Shown one piece after another: positions 26,836-37,550 of a stretch of DNA of 64,000 bases; position 1 is the first letter of the stretch, and each line of letters opens with the position of its first letter. A model generated the notes under the pieces. It searched no databases. It worked only from the letters and a program-made list of their open reading frames with translations, and was not told where the DNA came from. The stretch is from a virus: IMG/VR virus record IMGVR_UViG_3300035698_004130, positions 38,678 to 102,677 of that record. One strand, given 5' to 3'. The translations under genes were made by a program, and so were the position numbers.

Positions 26836-27124
26836 CGTATTCGTCATCGTATTCGTCATCCTCTAGTTCGTCATCTTCCAAAAGGCTCTCACCATCTTCG
26901 TAACTCACAGACTCATTAATTGCATCAAGGATGTAATCAACATGTTCTGCTAGAGTTTCTTCGGATAGTGGTTCCTCTAGTTGGGACTCACATAGTGGGC
27001 AAGCGTGCTCAGCTTCATCAGTTGCCTCTTCGACAACAGCCTCTGCACTTTCGGTGACTTTACGAGTCGGATCTGATTCAACAATCATCTTCACGAACTC
27101 GTCTGTAATTTCAATTCCTTTCAT
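26828..27124 (-). CDS. acidic prohead core-like protein
   Basis: Very acidic, CPLC motif, AGGAG RBS before ATG 27124, ATAGATA upstream. Confidence 0.6.
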   Translation of the reverse strand: MKGIEITDEFVKMIVESDPTRKVTESAEAVVEEATDEAEHACPLCESQLEEPLSEETLAEHVDYILDAINESVSYEDGESLLEDDELEDDEYDDEYDD

Positions 27125-27194
27125 AGTAAAAACTCCTGGCAGCAACTATTGCTACTTATATCTATTTTCCCTTATCTTTTTTTCAAGATAAAAT

Positions 27195-27491
27195 CTAGTT
27201 TCCGTCTGCATAAACGGACCCAGCTATCACATTTCCGGTATCTCCACACAATGTGGGGTCTCCAGACCGCCAAACAGCAATGTTATTAATGAAAACCGTT
27301 GGACTTCCAACTCCTGCCTTCACATAATGGATATCTGTTAAAAGGTTGTGGATCCCAAAGAAATCATTAGTGCAAACAACTGGGATGTTGTTAATAAACA
27401 CTGTTCCAAGGGCATTACCAGCGACAGCAGGGATTGGTGGGTATCCATTATGCCCATTAGTGAGATCTCCTGCTTTAACGATTAACGGCAT
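27195..27491 (-). CDS. PAAR-domain spike tip protein (gp5.4-like)
   Basis: GD...GH..YPP, TVFINNIPV, H...H, GSPTVFINN..V.R.GD...CG. Confidence 0.88.
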   Translation of the reverse strand: MPLIVKAGDLTNGHNGYPPIPAVAGNALGTVFINNIPVVCTNDFFGIHNLLTDIHYVKAGVGSPTVFINNIAVWRSGDPTLCGDTGNVIAGSVYADGN

Positions 27492-29946
27492 TTTTCCTTC
27501 CTGCTACGGTGATAACCACATTGTCGTCATCAACTAGAATTTGATCTAATCTATCTAGTTTACCTCCGATGACATGGTTGATTTTCATTTCATTTCTATT
27601 ACCCTTTTCGAGGTCTTTTAAGAATGATTTACTTGTGTTGTAAAATAACTCTCCAAGTTTATTCACAGTCAAGCGTCTAAACACATCGAACCAAGTTACT
27701 TCTTCGGGTTCATATGTAGAGTAGAGAGTATCCACAACTTGCGTTAGATATCCAATACCATTAGCTGAAACTGCCGGAGCAGCGGAACCATATGCTCCAT
27801 CAACGAAATACGTGTTAGCCATATTTGTTGCTAAGGGATCAAACTTGTATGTGTAATTCTGGGTATCAACAGGCTCAAACACACCAACTTTAATATCTCC
27901 TGATTCGTTGTAAAGGTTAACCTCTTGAAGCTCTGAACTACGCTCTTCGTCATCACTGAATTGGAATGAGGGACTGAATTCTAGGCTACGGGAAACAGTA
28001 TCGCCAAAGGAAGTGACTCTAGAGAATCCGTTAAATGGATTGAACTTGGATCCCATCACGGGGGTAACAACAATTCCAAAGGGAACATTCCTTGCAAAGA
28101 TAGCTCTATCCTCTGGGGATCTACTATCCTTTAGTGCTCTGAATGTGATATCATTTTGCTGTATGGTTATAGCTGAAGACTCCTGTGCATAACGATACAT
28201 TGGATCTCTGTAATCAAGATTGGCTCTCGTTACTGCGAATCCGTTATTCTTAGAGTGCTCATCAATTAGTGTCTGATCCGTTAGCAACTGATAGGTCGCA
28301 AATAAGGTATCCACTAAGGGATTGTTATTATCCAAAGAGCTAATGGATGACAATACAAGCTCAAAGTATAATGGCTCAAGAGACGAAGCTCCTGTATCAC
28401 CTGATACGAACTCATGGCTACCACTCTGTGAGGTTACTCCGAGGGTAGGATCCGGTGAAACTCCAAACAGCGTTAATGCATTGTATCTTGCTTCAGGAGA
28501 AACATAGTAAGTGCTGGAAGCCTCATTCTGGGTTAAGAGGGGGACAACACCCGAATCGATGGTTGAGTAGTTAATGTAGTAACCATCCCCATCCCCAGTT
28601 GTCATATTCTCACAGTTGCCACTAATGTCTTGCACTATTAATCCTGCGTTGGTTAGTGGGATACTTCCGTTCTCAAGAGTTAGTTTTACTCTAACATCTT
28701 CATTCAATCTTCTCTGTCTACGCAACTGTCTTGTTTGGTGGTTCTCTTCCTTGCCATCTGTGTCGATCAGAATGGCCTGTGATGCCAGGATACCTAAGCC
28801 TGCTCTTTCACCATGCTCAGGAGTTGTAATGCCCTCATATCTAATCCTAACATCGTTTCTCTGCTTCTGGCTGATGCCAATGTAGTAAGCTGCATCAAGC
28901 TCGTCAAGAGTTCCTGTAAGAATGTGTTTTCTCACCATTTCTAAGAACGATGGTAGGCCAATAAGTTGTCCCCCAGGATAGTGGAAAGAGTTGAATGCGG
29001 CTAGCAACTGTGGGTTTAAACTAGCTTTAACCTTGTCCAAAGTGAGCCCAAATACTGTGCTCTCAGACCACGGTTGAGATGAGTTTTGGGATTGTATTAG
29101 TTGGCTAACCTCAATTGTAATTGAGGGGGCAAAGATATTAGGGTAACTGAGGTTAGGAACTAAAACAGTTACCGGATCTGGCTCAACATTGAAAAAGTTT
29201 AGCTCTGGGTCAAACAGACGAGGCTCACTTGCAATTGAAGATGGAGGTAAGGGTTGAGAGAATATTTCTCTGGATACGTTTACAACTATGATTGGAGGCT
29301 CAGTCTGGACTACTGTTGTTGCACCGATTGATCCTGGCTCTTGAACCACACTAGGTGGAATCACAGTTGTTGTTAGATTTGGCTCTTGAACTTGCTCAGG
29401 AATTTGATTTACTACTTGAGTAAGAGAGATACAATCACTTAGGATATTAGAATCCTTACACACTAATTCACATGCCGGTTTGGTTAGATGTATACATCCT
29501 ACTGGCCAGAAAAGAGTTAGAAGTTCCGGGTCGAGTATCTGGGTGCACACCGAGCAGAACCTTTTAATAATTCTCAGTGTTCCATCAGGACAGAAAAATT
29601 CAACCTCTTTACAGCGGTATCTCTGAGGGGAACCAGTTGTTCCACCTGTTGTGGTTCCAACTGAAGGACCCCCTGTTGAAGGCCCACTAGGGTTTACTAC
29701 GATTCCACTACCACCAGCACTTGGATTGACACTAGTTCCACCAAAGCCGGGTCCAGGAGGTCTTCCTCCACCAGGACGACGAGGATCCCTAGGAAATTTA
29801 GGTGGTTTTATAATCTCGAATGGGGGATCACTCTGAGGAGGTTTTGGAATAATGATTACAGTTGTAGGTGGCGGGAGACCTGGAATAGTTACAGGCTGAC
29901 CCCCAGGAACGAACTCCCCACAATTGAACCGAAGACCTCCACCCAT
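27475..29946 (-). CDS. hypothetical virion protein with Pro/Gly-rich and Cys-rich N-terminus
   Basis: 823-aa ORF in baseplate operon. Confidence 0.65.
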   Translation of the reverse strand: MGGGLRFNCGEFVPGGQPVTIPGLPPPTTVIIIPKPPQSDPPFEIIKPPKFPRDPRRPGGGRPPGPGFGGTSVNPSAGGSGIVVNPSGPSTGGPSVGTTTGGTTGSPQRYRCKEVEFFCPDGTLRIIKRFCSVCTQILDPELLTLFWPVGCIHLTKPACELVCKDSNILSDCISLTQVVNQIPEQVQEPNLTTTVIPPSVVQEPGSIGATTVVQTEPPIIVVNVSREIFSQPLPPSSIASEPRLFDPELNFFNVEPDPVTVLVPNLSYPNIFAPSITIEVSQLIQSQNSSQPWSESTVFGLTLDKVKASLNPQLLAAFNSFHYPGGQLIGLPSFLEMVRKHILTGTLDELDAAYYIGISQKQRNDVRIRYEGITTPEHGERAGLGILASQAILIDTDGKEENHQTRQLRRQRRLNEDVRVKLTLENGSIPLTNAGLIVQDISGNCENMTTGDGDGYYINYSTIDSGVVPLLTQNEASSTYYVSPEARYNALTLFGVSPDPTLGVTSQSGSHEFVSGDTGASSLEPLYFELVLSSISSLDNNNPLVDTLFATYQLLTDQTLIDEHSKNNGFAVTRANLDYRDPMYRYAQESSAITIQQNDITFRALKDSRSPEDRAIFARNVPFGIVVTPVMGSKFNPFNGFSRVTSFGDTVSRSLEFSPSFQFSDDEERSSELQEVNLYNESGDIKVGVFEPVDTQNYTYKFDPLATNMANTYFVDGAYGSAAPAVSANGIGYLTQVVDTLYSTYEPEEVTWFDVFRRLTVNKLGELFYNTSKSFLKDLEKGNRNEMKINHVIGGKLDRLDQILVDDDNVVITVAGRKNAVNR

Positions 29947-32327
29947 TACATTAGGTTGATAGAAGGATTAGTACCGTTTAGGTTGATAGCGTTAGCTGAA
30001 AACCCATTTGGAATACCAATAATTTGGAATGATACTGTAGGGTAGATTGCAACCCCAGCACTAGACTCTCCTTCTACAACACCATTTACATAACTGTGTT
30101 CAAGGATATCATGGTTGATAACAGAGAATCCTGCAAACATCTCACCCGCATCTCTGTTTTGGAATGGGTAAGGAGTGCTGGTTCCAGGCTCAGTAGATCC
30201 ACCTGAGATTTCAGCGTTGTATTGATCGTTTGCAACCCATGAAACAAAGATTGTAAACTCATTAGGCTTCTTATCAATCCATACAGAGGCATTACCTGCT
30301 ACAGTTAGGTTGTTACCGTCCTTGTGAGTTCTGCAAGATAGTGGAGCACAGTTCCAAAGTTGTGCATCAACATGGTAGTCGGATGCCCATTGAACTTGTG
30401 ATCTATCTAGGAAGATTCGTTTCTTCACAAAGTGCATCATCACGTTACCTTTTGTTGAGGCTGATTGTCCCGTGTTTCTAATTTGGTCTGTTCCTAGGCT
30501 AGCAATTCTTGCTCTAGAGGCAAACTCTGAAGCTGCTCCAAATCTACTAAATGCAGCAAACTCTACTGATGGATTAGCATTGTTAGCAAAACCTGGACCG
30601 TAGGCATGATAGTTAATATGGTCGTTAGGGTATTCACCCTTTTGCAATCCTGTTCCCCTTTTAAGCCACTCGGCAATATCCCAGTCTGGGCGATCAGGAA
30701 TTACTGTCCCTGCTGGGTATCCATATCTTGAGATAACTTGTTGTTTAGCGGTTTCAGCGTTAGTGGTCCCTTGCTTAACTGCGATGTAGTGGCCAAGAAC
30801 TGACTCAACCCCGTAGTTGAATCCTCCCTTAACATACCCAGAGCCAATAACTCTTGGTCTGGCATCTGTAGCAAGTGTAGTGTAGATTGTTCCAATTTTA
30901 GAGTTAAAGTTACTCTGAAGATCCTTTACAGTGGTATCAACATATCCTTCGGAAGCTACTGGATTGGCTAGTGAGATTTGTGGAGTTGCGGCAGCAATAC
31001 CCCCTCTCTCATTATAGGCAAGCTCTGTGGTTCTAAAGAATGGTCTAATATCAATAACATCTGCTGCTGCAATAATGCTAGCACCTGTCTCCGTTAGGGA
31101 AGCAGACTTCTTAACAACAATGTAAGCTATAGGAAGGATGGACTGTCCAATTAGAGAGAAGTTCTCTTGTTCCACATTCTCAGACAGCAACGGCGCAAGG
31201 TTCATTAAATCATCAGGTGATGGGAATGAACCCTTCACCGTTGAGAACCCGGCAGTTCCATTCTCGTCGGCAGCGTGAGACAACATCAAGGGAGTTCCCC
31301 CTTGTGTTTGTAGAGATACAACATCCTGGCTATTAGACTGTGTTACCCCCGTTTGAAAGGATACACCAATTCCTGCACCTTTAACAATACCTAAGGTAGG
31401 CTCTGTTATGGTTGTGGGAGCCACACCGGCAAAGGCTGGAATAGTTGTGCTTTGTTGGTCAATTGCCTTGCTGTAAATAAACAGAAGGTCAATTCTTTGG
31501 GTTGCATCAGTTAGAATCTTAGTTCCAGTCTCATCGTAGTAGAAGTGTTCATCCTCATCAAAGGAAGGGATCTCCATACTCAATGCTGATGGCACATCCA
31601 CGATAGCAGTTCTAGCAACTCCTCTCCACCTCTTAATAAACTCACTCTCAAGCTTGCCTGTATGATAAAAGGATCCTAAGGAAAGACTTTCAGCTTGTGG
31701 AAATTTCCTAGTAGGGAAAGGAGTCCCATGTGTCCAGATCTGTCCAATGAAGTTTGGGTAAGTTGGTCGGGTTGCAGCAGCACCAATGTTAACTGCGTAG
31801 CCAGGGTAGGATGAAGTTACATACTCAGAAGGAAGATCATTGGACCTCATTGGGAATGTGAAGGCTCTTTCTGCAAGACCATTCATATTCAAAGCATCTG
31901 CGGTTAGTGTGCTTCTAAATTTAGCGATAGTTCCACTCACCAAGGGGCCAACATTAGTTTGGCTCCCCCATTCGTTGGGCTCTAGGTTGCTTTCAACTCC
32001 AAGAGCTTGGGTGATGAATTGAAGTGGATTAATAGCGTAAGCATCATTAATACGTGCCGTGAACTGCCCAGGCTGAACAATAACCCTAGCGGAGAATTCG
32101 TCTACGCTTGGACGAAGTTCAGTGAATCCACTTCTGTCAACTTGTAGGTTCGCAGTCTTACCAAGCAGTCCTTCTACTTGGTCTTTGAGAAACTTTGAGT
32201 TTTCCTCTTGCTGCTTAATAGGAATATTATCAACCTCATAGAAATAAGGGTCATTAGCCTTAAAATACCTAATCGGATTGGTAAACCTGTATGGTGAATC
32301 AAAGTAACTTACAATACCACTTGTCAT
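29946..32327 (-). CDS. putative baseplate/tail structural protein
   Basis: 793-aa ORF, TAATG-coupled; IRYFKANDPY.YEVDNIP, RIDLLFIY, IDIRPF motifs. Confidence 0.6.
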   Translation of the reverse strand: MTSGIVSYFDSPYRFTNPIRYFKANDPYFYEVDNIPIKQQEENSKFLKDQVEGLLGKTANLQVDRSGFTELRPSVDEFSARVIVQPGQFTARINDAYAINPLQFITQALGVESNLEPNEWGSQTNVGPLVSGTIAKFRSTLTADALNMNGLAERAFTFPMRSNDLPSEYVTSSYPGYAVNIGAAATRPTYPNFIGQIWTHGTPFPTRKFPQAESLSLGSFYHTGKLESEFIKRWRGVARTAIVDVPSALSMEIPSFDEDEHFYYDETGTKILTDATQRIDLLFIYSKAIDQQSTTIPAFAGVAPTTITEPTLGIVKGAGIGVSFQTGVTQSNSQDVVSLQTQGGTPLMLSHAADENGTAGFSTVKGSFPSPDDLMNLAPLLSENVEQENFSLIGQSILPIAYIVVKKSASLTETGASIIAAADVIDIRPFFRTTELAYNERGGIAAATPQISLANPVASEGYVDTTVKDLQSNFNSKIGTIYTTLATDARPRVIGSGYVKGGFNYGVESVLGHYIAVKQGTTNAETAKQQVISRYGYPAGTVIPDRPDWDIAEWLKRGTGLQKGEYPNDHINYHAYGPGFANNANPSVEFAAFSRFGAASEFASRARIASLGTDQIRNTGQSASTKGNVMMHFVKKRIFLDRSQVQWASDYHVDAQLWNCAPLSCRTHKDGNNLTVAGNASVWIDKKPNEFTIFVSWVANDQYNAEISGGSTEPGTSTPYPFQNRDAGEMFAGFSVINHDILEHSYVNGVVEGESSAGVAIYPTVSFQIIGIPNGFSANAINLNGTNPSINLM

Positions 32328-35300
32328 TAATTATCCTTTTCTAGATCGAAGGTATTTACTGATCTCACACCCTTACCATGCGTTTTAAGCGAACTATCAG
32401 TAGAGTCTCCACCATGCGCTCCTCGGTAGGGATAATAAATCGAAACAACCTTTGCTAATCCAGACTTACCCACTGAGTTATGTTTCGCGTTTGCGAAGCT
32501 GTTAGCAGCAGAATCATCCAGAACAGCCTTAATAGTTCCCGGACTAAACACCATAGATGATGCGTAGTAAAATCCAGAAGCTTCAAGAACTCCGTTGTTA
32601 TTCTTTATTAGAGACATGTGATTAGCACTAACATCTCCTGGTGCAATACAATTTGCAGAGAAGTTATATCCTTGGGAAAATACTTGTGGAATAAGTCCAC
32701 TAAGAGAGCTTTCATTATTTAATAGCCAGTTAGCTGCTGGGTCAGTTGAGAAGAACAACCTGAATGGGCCTAAGTTGCCAGCAGACGATCTGCTATATGC
32801 GTGATTGTTCGACTCTCCATAATAGTCCAAGATACTGACAGTTCTTGTATCATGAGTTCCCGAAGGTGCTCCTGATGCTGCTCCATACACTCCTGAAGGG
32901 CCAACGTATCCAGCGTCAACTGGGTGTAAGCTGCTTACGGTGATGTATTTAGCATTCAACATTGAGTTGTCTGCGATGTTCCAGATAAATAATCTATTAC
33001 AGTTATCTCCTTCAGAAACTCCATCAACAGCGTCATAAACAAGTCCAGAGGCATTCCAAAAGCCACATGGAAAGTGGACATTGTTTACTTCAACATTGCT
33101 TTGGTTAACTGCTCTTACACACATTCCCCCAAGGGTTACGGAACTGAAGTCTAAGCTGTTTACTGTATCTCCAATGGCGTCTTCCAGGTAGTAATGCTTG
33201 CCTTGTCCATTAACTGAGAATGCATCTGCACCCCCATAGGCTAGCGAAATATTTGCAGTAGCTGGCGAAGCCTCATAGTAAAGGGAATCATTAGGGTTAG
33301 GGTAAAACTGGACGGACCCGGCACTCGTGTAGAGAGGATAGTTTAGATCTGCTGAAGTTACATAATCAAGACCACTTGCAATTTGAAGTGCTCCATATGT
33401 CCCGTCACCCCAGAATTGAGCGTAGTCTCCTAAATCTTCCAACGTCAACTGGGATCCATGATCCACAACAATACAAGCTCTAGTAGAGTGAAGCTCCACC
33501 ATGGTGTGGTTTGCAGGATTAGTTAAGTCGTAGGAGCTTACTTGTAAACTACCATTGTAATCTCTCTGGGGAGTAATATCAATCTTTGAGTTATTGTCTG
33601 CGAGAATATTAATAGCATATCTACCAATGACCGTTGGGCCATGTATCCTGATAGTTGATCCTTCATCGGCAAACAATGCAACCTTCTTCTCTTGGAGTTC
33701 AAAGGTTGATGGCCCTGCAATCCTAGTTGCATACTTAGATGATCCTCTAAGAATAACTTCCGATCCTCCCTTTGCAGAAATAGCAGCACCATAAATCGCA
33801 GCGTCATCTAATAAGTAGGAGTCTGGATTGAAGATGATAGGGTGAACAGCGTCCAGGTTGGAACCTTGCTCTAGGATAATAGAGGGTAGAACACACTTCT
33901 GGCCTGTAGTATTCTGCTTAATTCCAAATGATCCAGAAGCTAGGAACTGATCATACATTTCAGGCATACCACTTGTTACTGTGGGAAGGAATGATGAGTT
34001 GATTAACTTAAGGTGAGTTCCGTTCTCAACAAGGGAAGTTTGATGAACGTGAGCACCATCAAGGGCGGTTGAGTTGTTGACGAATAAGGAGTAGGTATCC
34101 TTGTTGTAAGTTAAGGAAGAATCTTTTAGTCTAATACCTTCCTTCTGCGAATACTGAGCCTTAACACAATCTAACGCTAACTTAGAGTTTACAGCATCGA
34201 TACCTCTAAAGTTTCCGTAGTTAAATAGTCTACCACTGTGTTCAAGGACGGAGTTTTCTAGTTGGATTCCCGCATGTTTATTTAACTCTGTAATGAGTTG
34301 ATGAGCATCGAAGTATGCGACAGTTGCTGAACCATCTAGCTCAGTCTTTCCTCCAGTAATTCTTGAGTTAACCGCCTTAATACCAATATCATTCCTTGAG
34401 ATACAGAATAGGCTTCCCATACCAGGAATTGGAATATTCTGCGTTCCATCGTAGAAGATTCCTGGAATTCCGCTAAAGAAATTGCCGTATTGAATACCCG
34501 AGGTAGAGTGGTATAAGCCTAACTGCCTATCATCGTCAGTATGGAAATTGATTTCCGAATTAACTGCAAGGATACCGGCCCCATAGCTATCTTGGGGATT
34601 CTCATTCTTAAGCTTTGTAGTCCAAGCCTCACCAATACGAGTTCCAGTGGAATCGAATGGGTAGTTACGATATGCAACGAACGTCTTTGATATTAAAACC
34701 TTAGAGTTGAATGCTCTCAGCCCAGACTTGTGGCATCTGGATACGGAGCAATTCTCAAGGAATACATTAGAGTTTTCAATATTGATACCATGGTCCACAG
34801 TCCCACTCCAGGCTCCACCATCTACGGTGAAATTTCTGATGTATACTGGCCCATGGCAGTTCGTAATATTGATGCTTGCAAGTTTATTGACATACCCAAT
34901 TGACACAGTAAGATGGATTGCATCCCCTGGCGTTTCCCATACAATTTCTGCATCAGTAATCTCATTAATACAGGAAGCATCATACGTATCAATTAAATCT
35001 TCTGTTTGGGGATTGGACTCATAGTTTGTAAATGCAACTAGACCACTACTATTAAAAGCAGTAACCCAAGGAGTTGTGGGATTATTATCAGCTAAAGCTG
35101 CTCCAAGTCTATTATTGTTTCCCTCAATGATCTTCCTTGTGAATACAGTAAGATTTCCGGCAAGTCTGGTGTCCACAGTAGTTGGGGAACTCAGCATAAG
35201 CTGTAAGCCCCCAAGAGAGAATGAATGTGCTCCGTTTATTCCGGTGAGTAATGAGGGCATCACCATGTTATTAAACTTAGCTGAAGCTACTCCTAGGTGA

Positions 35301-35806
35301 TCCGAATGCGTTCCTAGAGAGATAGCAGATGCAATTGAGTAATCGCTATTAGCATCTGCGATTTCCCTATTCCAAATCTCAGAGTTTGATCCACCAGTTC
35401 CAATAGCGAATCCACGGTTTACAATCTCAAGACTACCCTTTGGCCCAAAGATCTTGTTGGAAAGGTTGAGTTCTCCAAGATTTCCAAAGTTCATTACCTC
35501 AACTAGGAGTGGGTAGTTAATCACTTCTGGAACAGCTTCTAAGCAGGAGCTTAGGGAAGTGTAGAAGTTACCACAAGTAGAAGGTGCAGTGGAAGAGACA
35601 ATAAAGCTCATCCCCGTGATAGCAGACGTAGCGTATCCAGCTCTTGCCCATAGTGCTGTTGTTCGCTCTTCTAGGTCAAGAACAGGAAGATTATCCTGCT
35701 CCCACTGGTAGAAGGAGCTTGGGTCAAACTTGGTTACAGGGTCCGTCCAGCACGAGTAGTGATCGTTGGCTCCTCCTGATACGTATATGTCGCTTGTGTT
35801 TAGCAT
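32327..35806 (-). CDS. tail spike/fibre protein with right-handed beta-helix (pectin-lyase-like) repeats
   Basis: Repeated GI.A.NS.I / GI.L.NS.L rungs; 1159 aa. Confidence 0.7.
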   Translation of the reverse strand: MLNTSDIYVSGGANDHYSCWTDPVTKFDPSSFYQWEQDNLPVLDLEERTTALWARAGYATSAITGMSFIVSSTAPSTCGNFYTSLSSCLEAVPEVINYPLLVEVMNFGNLGELNLSNKIFGPKGSLEIVNRGFAIGTGGSNSEIWNREIADANSDYSIASAISLGTHSDHLGVASAKFNNMVMPSLLTGINGAHSFSLGGLQLMLSSPTTVDTRLAGNLTVFTRKIIEGNNNRLGAALADNNPTTPWVTAFNSSGLVAFTNYESNPQTEDLIDTYDASCINEITDAEIVWETPGDAIHLTVSIGYVNKLASINITNCHGPVYIRNFTVDGGAWSGTVDHGINIENSNVFLENCSVSRCHKSGLRAFNSKVLISKTFVAYRNYPFDSTGTRIGEAWTTKLKNENPQDSYGAGILAVNSEINFHTDDDRQLGLYHSTSGIQYGNFFSGIPGIFYDGTQNIPIPGMGSLFCISRNDIGIKAVNSRITGGKTELDGSATVAYFDAHQLITELNKHAGIQLENSVLEHSGRLFNYGNFRGIDAVNSKLALDCVKAQYSQKEGIRLKDSSLTYNKDTYSLFVNNSTALDGAHVHQTSLVENGTHLKLINSSFLPTVTSGMPEMYDQFLASGSFGIKQNTTGQKCVLPSIILEQGSNLDAVHPIIFNPDSYLLDDAAIYGAAISAKGGSEVILRGSSKYATRIAGPSTFELQEKKVALFADEGSTIRIHGPTVIGRYAINILADNNSKIDITPQRDYNGSLQVSSYDLTNPANHTMVELHSTRACIVVDHGSQLTLEDLGDYAQFWGDGTYGALQIASGLDYVTSADLNYPLYTSAGSVQFYPNPNDSLYYEASPATANISLAYGGADAFSVNGQGKHYYLEDAIGDTVNSLDFSSVTLGGMCVRAVNQSNVEVNNVHFPCGFWNASGLVYDAVDGVSEGDNCNRLFIWNIADNSMLNAKYITVSSLHPVDAGYVGPSGVYGAASGAPSGTHDTRTVSILDYYGESNNHAYSRSSAGNLGPFRLFFSTDPAANWLLNNESSLSGLIPQVFSQGYNFSANCIAPGDVSANHMSLIKNNNGVLEASGFYYASSMVFSPGTIKAVLDDSAANSFANAKHNSVGKSGLAKVVSIYYPYRGAHGGDSTDSSLKTHGKGVRSVNTFDLEKDN

Positions 35807-35901
35807 TAGTAATTAGATCCCTTTCTTAAATTATCTTCAGCCCATAAAGGCTGAAAGTTAGTATAGTGGCAAGCTTTCTTTCTCTTATCAGGATCTCTCA
35901 T
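35806..35901 (-). pseudogene. 31-codon remnant of an HNH endonuclease C-terminus
   Basis: MRDPDKRKKACHYTNFQPLWAEDNLRKGSNY*; HYTN.QPLW..DN..KG is the tail of a phage HNH family. Confidence 0.7.
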
Positions 35902-35905
35902 AGCT

Positions 35906-36523
35906 CTAACCAAAAGTTATAGTCCATCTAAAGACTAATCCAAAATCTGAAGTCTTTACGATGTTACTAAAGTATTTATACGCTCCAAGGACAGAAGCCT
36001 CTGGAGTCGCATCTCTTGGGTTTGTAAGAAACAATCCAATTTCATTTAATGGCGCATCGTTGCCATCTCTAGCTATGCTGTTAGCTGTATCCTCATCTAG
36101 GAAGATAGTATATCTAACACTTGTGTCGTCAATCTTGGTGACCTTACTAAAAGGGATCTTACCATAGATTGGGGTTGGAGTTGTTATAACGGTTCCATTC
36201 TTATACTGGTTGGCCGAGAAGGAGTAAAGGTTACTGTCCCCAGCCCCAGTATATTCTGCGATGGAACTTAATGCCCCTGAAAGGGAGTTGGTTGCGCTCA
36301 CCTGAACAGAAGAGTTCCCACTGACACCAAGCTGGAATCTGTCAATCTGGTAGTCGGTGATTGATGTGGATCCGTTCCGGCTATACATGTAGGCTAGACC
36401 CCATCCAAACCCGGAAACAATCACATTCTTATCATCAAAGATAAGCTCTTCCACTCCATTGGCGATTTTATGGATCGTTAGATGCCCATTGATTTCCAAT
36501 TTATCTGTAAATGATTGTTGCAT
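35906..36523 (-). CDS. putative baseplate/tail-fibre attachment protein
   Basis: NVIV..., NEIGLF...AYKYF..IVKTSDF.LVFRWTI.F pattern. Confidence 0.6.
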   Translation of the reverse strand: MQQSFTDKLEINGHLTIHKIANGVEELIFDDKNVIVSGFGWGLAYMYSRNGSTSITDYQIDRFQLGVSGNSSVQVSATNSLSGALSSIAEYTGAGDSNLYSFSANQYKNGTVITTPTPIYGKIPFSKVTKIDDTSVRYTIFLDEDTANSIARDGNDAPLNEIGLFLTNPRDATPEASVLGAYKYFSNIVKTSDFGLVFRWTITFG

Positions 36524-36524
36524 G

Positions 36525-37550
36525 TTAAGTAAATCTAAAGACTAGTGATATTGTCGGCCCCTGATTAGTGAAGAATCCTACTCCATAAACCTTTTCAGTA
36601 TTAGTATTTAGTAGGTGCTCAAAGCCTGAGTTGTCCCCTGCAACCCCAAGTCCAGGGTTAATAGCCGTAAGATCCAGGTCATCATGGTTTAAAAAACTAT
36701 CCCATGAAGTGATCTTTGCTACCATCTTGTATTGCCTGTTAGTATTTAGAGCGTCCCACGTATATGGAGGGGTTAATCCAGACGCTAACATAGCTTTAAT
36801 ATCTAGGCAGTAAACTCCTACCTGTGTTACTCCCCCAAACGCAGCTAATGCAGCAGCATCCCCAAGTTTGGGCACAATAGCTACCTTAAATCCTCCACTT
36901 GAAGGTTGGTAGGTGGGAGAAAATGACTGCACTGCCCCACCCCTTGTATCCCCTTTAACATCAGTTGAATTAATTACATCACTCATTTTCAAGTAGCCAT
37001 CTCTATCCATGATCCCAAACTCATTGAATACTCCACTTAAGGTTCCAGAGAATTGAAATACTCCATCTCCGTCATAGAAGTTATAGTGGGACGCTGCACC
37101 AGAAGGTGGGTAGGGGCTAACCACATTCCATACAGAACTTAGAGAAGACACGATGGTAATATTAGAGTAGTGACCTAAATTGGGTAATCCTACTGTAGAC
37201 GCATTAGTGGTTGTATCTCCATCCTCTAATCGGGTATCATAGGGGGAAGGAGCTTGGGGGACGGAACTATACGATGGGAATTGAGCCCAAGTTGCCGAGG
37301 CATGGTATGATGAGGGGGAGTTCGTGTTATAGGCGTTAAACAGAATTCTCTCTTGGTTGTAGGTTGAGCCTTCTGTGGAGCTAATAGTATGAGCGTGATA
37401 ATTGAATCCGTCAGCGTCCTTTCCTAAGGTAAAACTATAAAAAGTAAAGTTCGATGTATCCAAGATTGCACTAGCAGATGGAATATCTGCGATTGCTGGA
37501 TTGACTGTAAGGAAGTCGGCTATAACTTCTCCAAAACCTTTAGTGAACAT
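36525..37550 (-). CDS. hypothetical virion protein
   Basis: 341-aa S/T/G-rich ORF in baseplate operon. Confidence 0.6.
   Translation of the reverse strand: MFTKGFGEVIADFLTVNPAIADIPSASAILDTSNFTFYSFTLGKDADGFNYHAHTISSTEGSTYNQERILFNAYNTNSPSSYHASATWAQFPSYSSVPQAPSPYDTRLEDGDTTTNASTVGLPNLGHYSNITIVSSLSSVWNVVSPYPPSGAASHYNFYDGDGVFQFSGTLSGVFNEFGIMDRDGYLKMSDVINSTDVKGDTRGGAVQSFSPTYQPSSGGFKVAIVPKLGDAAALAAFGGVTQVGVYCLDIKAMLASGLTPPYTWDALNTNRQYKMVAKITSWDSFLNHDDLDLTAINPGLGVAGDNSGFEHLLNTNTEKVYGVGFFTNQGPTISLVFRFT

Noticed and set aside
26831-26860. MTNTMTNTMTN N-terminal repeat
   Set aside because: Alternate-frame reading of the 12-bp repeat encoding DDEYDDEYDD in the upstream gene; the last ATG (26835) is the likely start
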